A stretch of 64,000 nt of DNA from an uncultured bacterium (GCA_963727525.1 CAVSGO010000007.1:2144001-2208000); one strand, 5' to 3'. Counted from the first letter of the stretch, positions 38,263-47,871 are shown. Notes: a model not told the origin generated them from the sequence alone. Translations and numbers: made by a program.

Positions 38263-38657
38263 TGCCTTCGGCAAGAAGCTGGCGAGCCTATCCGCAGACC
38301 TACCGACTCGAAGCCGCCCGCTGTACGCAGTGCGGCAAGACGTTCTTCCCGCCCCGGCTGGTATGCAACAAGTGCGGTTGCCGTGAGTTCGAGAGCTTCG
38401 CCATGCAACGCGCGGGCACGGTCGTCACCCACACGGTGATCCGCACCCCGGGCGATCAGTACCAGGGCGAGGCCCCCTTCGCGGTAGGCATCATCCAGAT
38501 CGACGGCGGGCCGCGCATCACGACCCAGATCGTCGACGTCGCTCTCGACGAGATCGCGATCGGCATGAAGGTGAAGCTGGAGTTCCGCCGGTTCTACGCC
38601 GAGGGACATTCCGGCATCATCGAGTACGGGCACAAGGCGGTGCCGGTGCGGGACTAG
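38262..38657 (+). CDS. DUF35 Zn-ribbon/OB-fold protein
   Basis: MPSARSWR...CTQCG...PPRLVCNKCG; OB-fold ...IGMKVKLEFRR...YGHK; TGATG coupling with thiolase. Confidence 0.92.
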   Translation: MPSARSWRAYPQTYRLEAARCTQCGKTFFPPRLVCNKCGCREFESFAMQRAGTVVTHTVIRTPGDQYQGEAPFAVGIIQIDGGPRITTQIVDVALDEIAIGMKVKLEFRRFYAEGHSGIIEYGHKAVPVRD

Positions 38658-38796
38658 TGTCACGATTCCCGGCTGGAAAGAGTAGGAGCGGCGAGCCTGC
38701 GGGCTCCGCGGTCATGAAGACGGGTCCAGGCACGAGCTGGACCCGTCGACGTTCGTCTTGGCACGGTAGAAAATCGACGCCCCGACCATACACTCG

Positions 38797-39543
38797 TTAG
38801 CGATACAGCGACTTGATCTCCCCCCAGGTGCGGTCTTCGGTTGCCACGACTCCGTGCTTCACTGACGGCACACACAGGCACTCGTGGTTCTGGATCGTGA
38901 ACTCCCAGGTTCCGAATTGATCGAACGCGGTGACGAGTATTCCATACGTCATGATCGGGTCCAGTTCGTAGCACGCGAGGTGCGCTTCGGGATCGATGAT
39001 CGGATACACGACACCGTCGACCTGCTTCTCCGCCGGGTTCAAGAAGTAGAGCGGACGCAAGGCGACCACGTCGACCGCGCCGAACTGATCGACGAGGTGG
39101 ACGGGCACGGCTACGTCCGGTCCGGTGGCATCGTAGGCGAGATAATGATTGTACGGCAACGGCGGTCCCGGTTCGTACTTGCGCGCGGGCGCTACGAGAT
39201 AGCGCAGATCGCCGATCTGCCAGCCCTGCTCACCGAACTGGTTGCCCAGTTCGACAAACCAGCCCACGGTGGGAATATCGAGACGCCACCAGGTCTGGTG
39301 CAGCAGCGGCTCGATGATCGGTTCACCGTTCTTCTCCACCGGTGTCGCGAACCGGTCGAGCGTGATAGCACTGATCTGGTAGATGCCGAACTGGTCGGCG
39401 AGCACGAGGCTGCCGGCAAACGTCGCCGGCGGTTGCAACGTGTAGACCTTGTAGTGATTCTCTGCTGGCCACTGCGCGCCGGCCGTGGTGGCGATCAGCA
39501 CCAGGCTGGCGAACAGCGCGACGAATGAGAGCGATCGCTTCAT
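38797..39543 (-). CDS. Exported protein with DQFG-type internal repeats and C-terminal TWGEIKSLYR motif
   Basis: Signal peptide MKRSLSF...AGA; four [DN]QFG motifs; ends VATEDRTWGEIKSLYR. Confidence 0.75.
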   Translation of the reverse strand: MKRSLSFVALFASLVLIATTAGAQWPAENHYKVYTLQPPATFAGSLVLADQFGIYQISAITLDRFATPVEKNGEPIIEPLLHQTWWRLDIPTVGWFVELGNQFGEQGWQIGDLRYLVAPARKYEPGPPLPYNHYLAYDATGPDVAVPVHLVDQFGAVDVVALRPLYFLNPAEKQVDGVVYPIIDPEAHLACYELDPIMTYGILVTAFDQFGTWEFTIQNHECLCVPSVKHGVVATEDRTWGEIKSLYR

Positions 39544-39760
39544 GATATACCTCACAAGTTCTGGCGTGCGCGGCCGGGGCGCCGACACAAGGACCAGGAG
39601 CGATACTTCGCGAGGTGATGTCCCACGATGCGATGTCACGAGGACACGGGAGTCTAGCCGCAAGTGCCGGCTACCGTCAATCCGGCGCCTGCGTAAGCAT
39701 GTTGAAGATCCCGCGTAGACAACACCAAGGCAGCCACGGACCGGAACCGCTGCAACGGGG

Positions 39761-40504
39761 CTAGACCTCGTGTACCAGGGCGGGATCGAAGCCGATGGTG
39801 GTCTGATCGGGATAGCCGTGTGGATTGCAGATCACGCGGGTGTCGCCGAGCCGGTAGTCGTGCGCCTGATGGATATGGCCGTGGACCCAGAGCGCGGCGC
39901 CGCTGCTGGTCACGAGCGTCTCGAGATTGGAGGCGTAGGCCGGCGCGTAGGGAAGATCGTCGGGCCGCGGGGAAAACGAGCGCAGGCTCGGCGCGTGATG
40001 GGTGACCACAATCGTCGGCCGCGACGATGCCGCCAGCTCGCGTTCGAGCCACGCGCGAGCGGCACGGTGCCAGCGCAACGTATCCGCGGGAGTCGCGACG
40101 CGCTGACGCGGCCCCACGTGGATCTCGTGGTAGTCCCACATCGTATCGGCCGCCAGGCCCATGGCCGCGCGCCGCGGACCGCTCGCCGCGAAATCCGTCC
40201 ACAAGGTGCAGCCGAGGATGCGCACGCCGTCCACGTCGAGGGCATCGCGATCGAGGACGTGGACGTTCGTGCCCCGCGCGGCGCGACGCAGCGCGTGCAG
40301 ATGCGCGGGGTATGCCTGCCCGTAATATTCGTGGTTGCCCGGCACGTACACGACCAGCTTGCCGGCATACGCGCGCGCGGCCCAGGCCACGCCGTCGCAC
40401 CCCGGCTGCGTGTCGCCCGCGAGCACGACGACGTCGGCCGCGACGGCGGGCGGATCATACCCGGCGAACTCGAGATGCACGTCGCTCAGGATGTGCAGAT
40501 GCAT
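39761..40504 (-). CDS. Calcineurin-like metallophosphoesterase
   Basis: SDVH, LAGD, PGNHE, VTHHAP, HGHIH. Confidence 0.93.
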   Translation of the reverse strand: MHLHILSDVHLEFAGYDPPAVAADVVVLAGDTQPGCDGVAWAARAYAGKLVVYVPGNHEYYGQAYPAHLHALRRAARGTNVHVLDRDALDVDGVRILGCTLWTDFAASGPRRAAMGLAADTMWDYHEIHVGPRQRVATPADTLRWHRAARAWLERELAASSRPTIVVTHHAPSLRSFSPRPDDLPYAPAYASNLETLVTSSGAALWVHGHIHQAHDYRLGDTRVICNPHGYPDQTTIGFDPALVHEV

Positions 40505-40739
40505 GCAGGCTCCGTCCAAGACGATGGTGTACAAGGCGCTTGCGGACCGTATGGCGAAGTTCCCGGCGGTACAAGCGCGGAACAACGATTCGCAAGAATC
40601 AAATTGGGCGCGAAAATCGCCGGTTCCGCCGCGCAATTCACTGGAACCGAGCCCGGCGTCGTCCTACGGTGGCAGTGCGAAACAGGCGTCGGGCACACAC
40701 CGTGCCCGGCGTCGTCGCGTTCCTCACGGGAGGCATATC

Positions 40740-41693
40740 ATGGCCACCGACGCCATCTTCATACTCGAGAAGCTCCGTTGTTTCAAGGAATCCGATGGCT
40801 CGGGCCACTCCGAGCCGTACATCTGGCCCGTGCTCGTGTGGGTCGACAACACGACCCTGGCGCAGCCCGGACTCGTCGGTGTGGTCGCCCCATCCGTCGG
40901 CAGCGCGCGCGTGGTGATCAAGAGCGACATGAAGGCGGGCGACGTCGTCGACATCCCTGCGGCTGTGAACACGCTGCGCGTACGCGTCGAAGAGGATTCG
41001 AGCATCCTGCAGTTCATGCTCGTGGTCGCGCTCTGGGAAAACGACGACACGCCAACGGGCGCCATGCGGGCGGGCTACGAAGCGTATGTCGACGAGATAG
41101 GCAAGGCCATCGCCGACAACCTGTTCGCTCTGAGCACGGCGACCGGCGACGACCGGCAGGCCCTCATCGACGCCATCAAGGCGCGCGTGAAGTCGCGGGT
41201 CGAGAGCGCGATCCGGGGCGGTCTGTCGGGAGCGGAGAAGGCCGAGGTCGCGCTCCACCTGCTGAACCTCGACGACTTCATCAATGCCGACGTCGTCGCC
41301 ACGTCGGTGCTGGCGACGCAACCCTTCGCGCTTCGCTTCATCACCGGCTCGCCGCGCTTCACGGACGTCTACGCGATCAACACCACCCTGCACGCCGTGC
41401 CGGTGAGGGTCGATCGCTGCCAGTCGCGCGTCGACGCGGTGCGGGCAGCACAGGCGGCCGTCAATGCCGTGAAGGCGGAGATCGCGGATCTGCAGGCCCA
41501 GCTCCACGGCGAGCACGCGCCCGGCGAACCGTCGTTGCCCAAGGCCTTCATCATCCAGGAGATCCGACGCCTGCGCGACGAGGACCTGGCCGACGCCCAG
41601 GCCGCACTCGACGCGGCGCAGGTGGCGCTCGCGGACTGCCGACGCCGTCCTCCCCAGCGCGTCCCCGCGGGCGACCTCATCGTCCGGCGCTGA
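40740..41693 (+). CDS. Hypothetical protein (beta-rich N-terminal domain, Cys-flanked coiled-coil C-terminus)
   Basis: GGGAGG RBS before ATG 40740; typical codon usage. Confidence 0.7.
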   Translation: MATDAIFILEKLRCFKESDGSGHSEPYIWPVLVWVDNTTLAQPGLVGVVAPSVGSARVVIKSDMKAGDVVDIPAAVNTLRVRVEEDSSILQFMLVVALWENDDTPTGAMRAGYEAYVDEIGKAIADNLFALSTATGDDRQALIDAIKARVKSRVESAIRGGLSGAEKAEVALHLLNLDDFINADVVATSVLATQPFALRFITGSPRFTDVYAINTTLHAVPVRVDRCQSRVDAVRAAQAAVNAVKAEIADLQAQLHGEHAPGEPSLPKAFIIQEIRRLRDEDLADAQAALDAAQVALADCRRRPPQRVPAGDLIVRR

Positions 41694-41778
41694 AGGCCAT
41701 GGTGGCGTGGACCGCGTCGGGGTTCGCGCCACCTCACCGGCCGCTCCCCCGTTTCGCGCCTATCGTGACGGGGACACC

Positions 41779-43698
41779 ATGAAGACCCTCAAGGACACCC
41801 TCGAACCCGCCGCACCGCCTCGCGAGGAGAAGCTCCCCCGCGCGAAGCTGATCGCCCTGGGGCTCACCGCGCTGGGCATCGTGTACGGCGACATCGGAAC
41901 CAGTCCGCTCTACGCCGTGCGCGCCTGCTTCGCCGGGACGCGCACCGTGGCGCTCGACCGGCCCGACATCCTGGGCGTGCTGTCGCTGATCTTCTGGTCT
42001 CTCGTCATCGTCATCTCCGTGAAGTACCTGCTCTACGTCATGCGCGCCGACAACCGCGGCGAGGGTGGCATCCTGGCGCTCATGGCCCTCGTCCACCCCG
42101 GTGAGCGCGACTTCGGCCGCAGCCGCCGGATCCTCGTGGGCCTCGGGCTCTTCGGCGCCGCATTGCTCTATGGCGACGGTACGATCACGCCCGCGATCTC
42201 GGTGCTCAGCGCCGTGGAGGGACTCGACGTGGCCACCACGTCGCTCTCGTCGTACGTGGTGCCGATCACGGTGGCGATCCTGATCGGGCTCTTCGCGCTG
42301 CAACGGCGGGGCACGGCGGGCATCGGCGCCATCTTCGGTCCGGTCATGCTCCTCTGGTTCACCGTGCTCGCCACCCTCGGCGTGCGCGGCATCATGGGCG
42401 ACCCCTCGGTCCTGGCCGCGCTCCTGCCGACGCACGCGATCGCGTTCTTCGCGCACGCCGGCTGGCGCGGGTATGCCGTGCTGGGTACGGTTTTCCTGGT
42501 GGTCACCGGCGGCGAGGCGCTGTATGCCGACATGGGACACCTGGGCAAGCGGCCCATCCGTTCGGCCTGGTTCGTCGTGGTGCTGCCCGCACTCCTGCTC
42601 AACTACTTCGGCCAGGGCGCCCTGCTGCTGCGCGACCCCGACGCTCTCGTGAACCCCTTCTACCGCCTGGCACCCGGCTGGGCACTCTGGCCACTTGTCG
42701 GTCTGGCCACGCTCGCCACCGTGATCGCGTCGCAGGCCGTGGTGTCCGGCGCCTTCTCGCTCACGCGGCAGGCCATCCAGCTCGGATACTGCCCGCGCCT
42801 GCCCATCCTGCACACAAGCAAAGAGGAGATCGGCCAGGTGTACGTGCCGGCCGTGAACGGGCTGCTCCTGATCTTCACCGTGGCGCTGGTGCTCGGCTTC
42901 CGGCACTCGACCAACCTCGCCGCGGCCTACGGCATGGCCGTATCGACGACGATGGTCATCACCACCGTGCTCGCCTGGGTCGTGGCCCGCGACCAGTGGC
43001 ATTGGCCATGGGGCGTGGTGCTGGTCATCTCGCTCGTCTTCCTCGCCATCGACCTCGCGTTCCTCGGCGCGAACCTGCTCAAGGTCACGCAGGGCGGCTG
43101 GTTCCCCCTGCTGATCGCCGCCATCATCTTCATCCTGATGACCACCTGGCAGCAGGGCCGCCGCAGCGTCTCGCGCCGGCTCGGCGAGGGGAAGGTGGAG
43201 CTGGACAAGTTTCTCGACAGCGAGGCCGTGCGGGGTCTCCCGCGCGTGCCCGGCGTGGCCGTATTCCTCACCGGCACCTCCACTGGCACGCCCACGGCGC
43301 TGCGCCAGCACGTGCGCCACAACAAGGTGCTGCACGAGACGGTGGTGCTGCTGACGGTGGTCGTGCGCAACGTACCGCATATCGGCGGCGAGAATCGCGT
43401 GACGATCAAGGACCGCGGCCACGGCATCTTCCGCGTGATCGGCGTGGTGGGCTACCTCGACAGCCCCAGCGTGCCGGAGATCCTGCGCCGCTGCCGCGAG
43501 CAGGAGATGAAGATCGACCCGAACCAGGTGTCGTACTACGTGGGCCGCGAGATCACCATCCCCACCTCCTGGCACGGATTCTCCCTCTGGCGCGGCCGCC
43601 TCTACGCGTTCATGGACCGCAACGCCCAGCCCATCACCACCTTCTTCCAGATCCCCCACCACCGCGTGATCGAGATCGGGACCGAGGTGGAATCGTGA
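41779..43698 (+). CDS. kup: KUP/HAK/KT potassium transporter
   Basis: GIVYGDIGTSPLY, ADNRGEGG, YGDG.ITPAISVLSAVEG, GEALYADMGH, HNKVLH. Confidence 0.96.
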   Translation: MKTLKDTLEPAAPPREEKLPRAKLIALGLTALGIVYGDIGTSPLYAVRACFAGTRTVALDRPDILGVLSLIFWSLVIVISVKYLLYVMRADNRGEGGILALMALVHPGERDFGRSRRILVGLGLFGAALLYGDGTITPAISVLSAVEGLDVATTSLSSYVVPITVAILIGLFALQRRGTAGIGAIFGPVMLLWFTVLATLGVRGIMGDPSVLAALLPTHAIAFFAHAGWRGYAVLGTVFLVVTGGEALYADMGHLGKRPIRSAWFVVVLPALLLNYFGQGALLLRDPDALVNPFYRLAPGWALWPLVGLATLATVIASQAVVSGAFSLTRQAIQLGYCPRLPILHTSKEEIGQVYVPAVNGLLLIFTVALVLGFRHSTNLAAAYGMAVSTTMVITTVLAWVVARDQWHWPWGVVLVISLVFLAIDLAFLGANLLKVTQGGWFPLLIAAIIFILMTTWQQGRRSVSRRLGEGKVELDKFLDSEAVRGLPRVPGVAVFLTGTSTGTPTALRQHVRHNKVLHETVVLLTVVVRNVPHIGGENRVTIKDRGHGIFRVIGVVGYLDSPSVPEILRRCREQEMKIDPNQVSYYVGREITIPTSWHGFSLWRGRLYAFMDRNAQPITTFFQIPHHRVIEIGTEVES

Positions 43699-43755
43699 GG
43701 CGGGCCGGCGGGCGCCCCCGGCGGGCGTTCCGGTGATCGCCACCGTCGGTGCGAT

Positions 43756-44466
43756 CTATCTGCGCCCGTAGAGGCTCTTCACCGATCCCCAGGTCCGCGC
43801 CTGAGCCGCCACCGACCCCGCGCAGCTCGGCAGGGCCACGGCGAAGGTGACGGTGAGGTCGCAGGTCGTGGTGTCATCGCAGTGGACGGTGCCGTACAGA
43901 TCGAGCACCTGGTCAGTGCCCACGTACGCCGCGTACTCGGCGGGCAGGCCGCCCGGCGCGATGGTGGCGACGGGCGCCCAGCAGTCGCCGTCGCAGACCA
44001 TGACGCCGATCGCGCCGCCGAGGTCCACGAGCGTGCCCCGCGCCACCGGCGCCTGGCCGCAGGTGGCGTAGGCGAAGTACACGTTGGGCGGGCCGAAGTA
44101 CGGCAGCGCGGGCTCGACGAGATCGCCGCCGGCGTCGACGATCAACACGGCGTAGACGGTCGTGCGGTCGCCGCCGGTGACGTCGGACACGGTCGTGGTG
44201 GCCACGGAATCATCACCCGGAAAGGCCTGCACCGGGCTCACCGCCACCCAGTCTGTGCACGCCCCCACCTCCGCACGTGCGACCACCCAGCCGGCCCACG
44301 CCGGATCGAAGCCCACGTAGTTCCACACGAAGCCCTGTGCCACCACCGTGGTCCCATGGCAGACCGCCTCGATCGAGGCCTGGTTGTAGCCGTACTGGGC
44401 GGCGGCGGGGAGGGAGGCGGCGAGGGTCAGGGCGAGCGCGCACGCGCCCACGCAGCGCTGGGACAT
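43756..44466 (-). CDS. Exported Cys-containing protein with C-terminal TWGSVKSLY motif
   Basis: AGGAGGA RBS; signal peptide ...PAAA; ends VAAQARTWGSVKSLYGRR. Confidence 0.78.
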   Translation of the reverse strand: MSQRCVGACALALTLAASLPAAAQYGYNQASIEAVCHGTTVVAQGFVWNYVGFDPAWAGWVVARAEVGACTDWVAVSPVQAFPGDDSVATTTVSDVTGGDRTTVYAVLIVDAGGDLVEPALPYFGPPNVYFAYATCGQAPVARGTLVDLGGAIGVMVCDGDCWAPVATIAPGGLPAEYAAYVGTDQVLDLYGTVHCDDTTTCDLTVTFAVALPSCAGSVAAQARTWGSVKSLYGRR

Positions 44467-44594
44467 GGCGATCCTCCTCACGGGACTGGTCGATCTCTTA
44501 ACAGGATGAAAGTCATCCAGAACAATAGCACGCCGCGAGTTGTGTCCGCGAGACGAAAACTCTAACGTGAAGCGAGGCATACAGGGGGACCGCC

Positions 44595-47087
44595 ATGGAT
44601 CGCTTCCGGAGCACAATCACCGCCGTCACCGCGGTCGTTCTCACACTGTCGGCCGTGACCGCCCATGGCGATGGTTGCTTCGCGTGGCACGGCGAGGACC
44701 GCGACATCCGCGAGCCCCGGCAGAAGGCCTTCATCGCCTGGGTGGATGGCGTCGAGGACCTCGTGCTCTCCGTGACGTTCACGGGCGCGACGCGCGACTT
44801 CGGCTGGATCGTACCGCTGCCGGCACCCCCCGAGGTGGCCCCGGCCGCGGGACCGGTGTTCGAGTCGCTGAGTCGGACCATGGACGTACCCTACGCGCCG
44901 CTCGGCGCGCTCTTTCCCGTGACTCTGATGCTCACGACGATCCCGTCTCCCGTCGAGACTGAACATCACGACGTGGGCGTGTACGCCATCGACGTACTTC
45001 GCAGCGATGACGGAAGTGCGCTCGCACGCTGGCTCATACGCCACGATTTCGCGCTCCCCGCGGGTGCGGAGGCGATCCTGGATCCCTACGCCCGCCGCGG
45101 CTGGGTTTTCGCCGCGATGCGCATCGATCCGGCGCAGGTCGACACGACACTGTCAGCCCGACTCGCGAGCGGCGAGATCGAGCCGCTGCGTTTCCGCTTC
45201 CCGGCTGCCGCGCCGGTATTCCCGCTGGCGATCAGCGCCCTCGGCGGCGAGCGCGCCGTGGTCCTGCTCTATCTTCTCGCCGAGGATCCCCTGGTGCCGG
45301 CGCCGGCGCCCGGCATCACCTGGGAGGTGTCGCTCAAACCCTGGGCGCAGGCCGCCGGCGTCTTCAGCGGCGTCTTCCCGCGCCGCAGTATCCGCCCCGG
45401 TGCGGATCGCCGCGTGCCGGTCGGCGAGCCCTACCTGCAGGAGATCCAGGATCGCCTCGCCAGCCGTCCCGAACCGTTCGCCCTCACCCGCTGCCGCGCG
45501 AGCTTGGCGCCACACGACATGCACGACGTCGCCTTCGTCCCCCTCGATCCCGCGGCGGCGCTGGCCGACACCTCGCGGGTCCAGCGCGCCACCGTGGCAG
45601 GCTGGCTCGGCGAGAAGGGGACGGCGGCCTCGGCGTCCGTCCTCTCGACCTGGCTGGCCGGGCAGGACGTCCTGTGCGGCATGCCCGCTCCGCCCCAGCG
45701 TCGGCAGCATCGGCGGGTCCTCGCGCAGCGCGATCTCGTGGCGGCCCTACTCGCCCTCGGCCAGTGCGGCGACCCAGACGTCGTTATGGAGCTGCGCCGC
45801 TGGCTGCGCTGCGGCGAGCGGACGCTGGAGACCGCCGCGCTCGAGGCGATCGGCAGGATCGATGCCAGTCTCGCGGCCGAGCTGGCGCTGCCACTCATCG
45901 CACGGGGCGATCGCGTGGGCCGGTACGACGGCATCGGCTATGCCGGCTACCGACTCGCCCGCGAGCTCGTGATCGCCGGCGGCGGTCCGCAGCAAGTCGG
46001 GCCACTGCGGCGGCTCGCCTGGCGATACGCGATGTGGCGACCCTGGCGCCTGCTCTGGCGGCCGGAGTTCGACCAGGCTAGCCTGCGCCGCGATGCCCAG
46101 GTCATGATCGCGGCGTGCGGGGACACGGCGATGCAGACCGCGCTCGTGCGCACGATCGCCGCCGAGAACCGGGTGTGGCAGTCCGCAGCCGACGACAGCG
46201 TGACCGCGACGTTCCGGGACGTGAACGGTCTGCCCGATCCCGCGGGTGGTCTCGTGACGTGGGATCAGAGTCGCGACCTCCCGGTGACCAGAGCCGTCGT
46301 GAAAGAGCTGGCAGCGCGACCCGCCTTGCACGACACGTTGCTGCGCCAGGCGCTCGCGGACGACGCGCTCTCGCCCTTCGCGCAGTGCACGCTCCTGGGA
46401 TACCTCGCGCGGCCCGGATCCGCGGACGTCGCCCGGCTCCGCGCACTCTGGACGGCGGCCCTCGCGGCACGGCACGAGATCACGATCGCAACGCCGCCCT
46501 CGCACACTCGCATCCAGTGGAGCGACGTGACCGTGACCGTCGATCCCGACGCCACCGCGGCTCTCTTCGCCCTGGCCCGGATGCGCGCCGTCCCCGCGTT
46601 GCTCGCGTGCTGGGACGACGTGCCGTGGTCGCGACCCGAGCTCAAGGCGGACGTTCTGGTCGCCCTCGCCCAGGTTCCCGATGTCGGGCGGGATCACCCC
46701 GAGGTCCAGGCAGCCGCGCTGCGCTTCGTCGCCGAGGTCTGGAATTCCCGGGTCACGGCCGCGGACATCGCGGCGACGCTCGGGCCCGGTGCCCATCTCT
46801 ACCACGTTCCGTTCCCTTGGCCCGCCGATGCGCTCTACCGACATCACGCCGTGCTGTCGCTGCTATCGGGCAATCCCCACGCGCTCGCGGCGAGCCTCGG
46901 CGCCGATTCGCCCCTGTCCCCGGTCCTGCGCCTGGCGCTGCTGAGCCTCCTTCGGCCGGATGCCGATCGCGGCGTCGCGGCCCTCATGGTCGCGGATACG
47001 GATGCGCTCCGCGGGTTGCTGACGGATCCGCGGCTCGTGGCGGAGTGCGACCGCATCGCGACCCTCGCCCGTCAGGCGCTGGACTGA
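44595..47087 (+). CDS. Exported DUF2330-like protein with HEAT-like C-terminal region
   Basis: Signal peptide then DGCF; QKAFI...DFGWIVPLP..P; L.RWL..H.F...LDPY...GW.F; PLRF.F....P.FPLAIS; HEAT-like ALLALGQCGD, AALEAIGRI. Confidence 0.75.
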   Translation: MDRFRSTITAVTAVVLTLSAVTAHGDGCFAWHGEDRDIREPRQKAFIAWVDGVEDLVLSVTFTGATRDFGWIVPLPAPPEVAPAAGPVFESLSRTMDVPYAPLGALFPVTLMLTTIPSPVETEHHDVGVYAIDVLRSDDGSALARWLIRHDFALPAGAEAILDPYARRGWVFAAMRIDPAQVDTTLSARLASGEIEPLRFRFPAAAPVFPLAISALGGERAVVLLYLLAEDPLVPAPAPGITWEVSLKPWAQAAGVFSGVFPRRSIRPGADRRVPVGEPYLQEIQDRLASRPEPFALTRCRASLAPHDMHDVAFVPLDPAAALADTSRVQRATVAGWLGEKGTAASASVLSTWLAGQDVLCGMPAPPQRRQHRRVLAQRDLVAALLALGQCGDPDVVMELRRWLRCGERTLETAALEAIGRIDASLAAELALPLIARGDRVGRYDGIGYAGYRLARELVIAGGGPQQVGPLRRLAWRYAMWRPWRLLWRPEFDQASLRRDAQVMIAACGDTAMQTALVRTIAAENRVWQSAADDSVTATFRDVNGLPDPAGGLVTWDQSRDLPVTRAVVKELAARPALHDTLLRQALADDALSPFAQCTLLGYLARPGSADVARLRALWTAALAARHEITIATPPSHTRIQWSDVTVTVDPDATAALFALARMRAVPALLACWDDVPWSRPELKADVLVALAQVPDVGRDHPEVQAAALRFVAEVWNSRVTAADIAATLGPGAHLYHVPFPWPADALYRHHAVLSLLSGNPHALAASLGADSPLSPVLRLALLSLLRPDADRGVAALMVADTDALRGLLTDPRLVAECDRIATLARQALD

Positions 47088-47106
47088 GCCGCGCGCCGTG
47101 CAGGCC

Positions 47107-47571
47107 TCACCTCGCCGCCAGCGCCTCGTCGAACGCCCGCAGCGTCGCCGCCGCGGCCGCGAGGTCGTGGCCTTCCAGTCGCGGCGCGACGGCCCGCAGG
47201 ATGACCGACTCGCGCTCGTGGATCGTCGCGAACATCGTCGTTCCCGCCAGCGAGAGCGCCACGAGCGGTGACCGCCGGTGGGCCGGATTGTCGTGCAGAG
47301 CGACCAGGTCGCGCGCGCCCAGCTCGTTCACGACGGCCCGGATGTACTGTCGCGTGACGCCCTTGCGGCGCGCGATCTGCGGCACCGTCTGCTCGCCCTC
47401 GACGGCCAGCGTTTCCAGCACCGCGCGCAGGCTGCCGGTGATGCCCAGGTCGTGGTGTATCGCGGCGGCCACCGTGGTGAGCTGGTGGCAGAGGTCGCGG
47501 ACGGCGCGGGTCAGGGCGGTCGACTCGGAGGGCGTGGGGGTCGCGGGATTAGTTGACAATTTTATTGTCAT
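47107..47571 (-). CDS. MarR-family transcriptional regulator
   Basis: TVPQIARRKGVTRQYIRAVVNEL...NPAHRRSPLVALS.AG. Confidence 0.9.
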   Translation of the reverse strand: MTIKLSTNPATPTPSESTALTRAVRDLCHQLTTVAAAIHHDLGITGSLRAVLETLAVEGEQTVPQIARRKGVTRQYIRAVVNELGARDLVALHDNPAHRRSPLVALSLAGTTMFATIHERESVILRAVAPRLEGHDLAAAAATLRAFDEALAAR

Positions 47572-47579
47572 ATTGACAA
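47553..47579. promoter_or_regulatory. Overlapping palindromes, candidate MarR operator
   Basis: TGACAAT-TTT-ATTGTCA (47554-47570) and TTGTCA-TAT-TGACAA (47565-47579) in an AT-rich tract over the marR start. Confidence 0.65.
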
Positions 47580-47871
47580 GTATATTACCTTATCTCGGCC
47601 AAATCGAGGTCCCAGTGGGGGATCGTGGTGCCGGCACCACTCGCGTAAGATAAATACATAAAATGGTTTACTGGGTTTTACTGATTACGGCGCCCCGGCC
47701 TGCCCGGCGGCGATTCTCATCACATCTTTACAGGGGCGGGCCGGTCCGCTAGGATTCACGATGATCTCTGTCTGCTTTCAGAAATCATCACTGCCTCCCA
47801 CCTGCCAGACAGAAGCCATACCGGCGCGACCCCCCGCGCCGGTACCCGCCTATTGCTGAAGGAGGAACTCC

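Noticed and set aside
36040-38657. phlACB (DAPG biosynthesis) assignment
   Set aside because: No phlD type III PKS nearby and HMGCS catalytic residues are intact; kept only as an alternative.
41694-41778. c-di-AMP riboswitch upstream of kup
   Set aside because: Gap is only ~85 nt and shows no recognisable ydaO motif.
44504-44518. Palindrome GGATGA-AAG-TCATCC between divergent genes
   Set aside because: 6-bp arms, single copy, no cognate regulator adjacent; could be chance.
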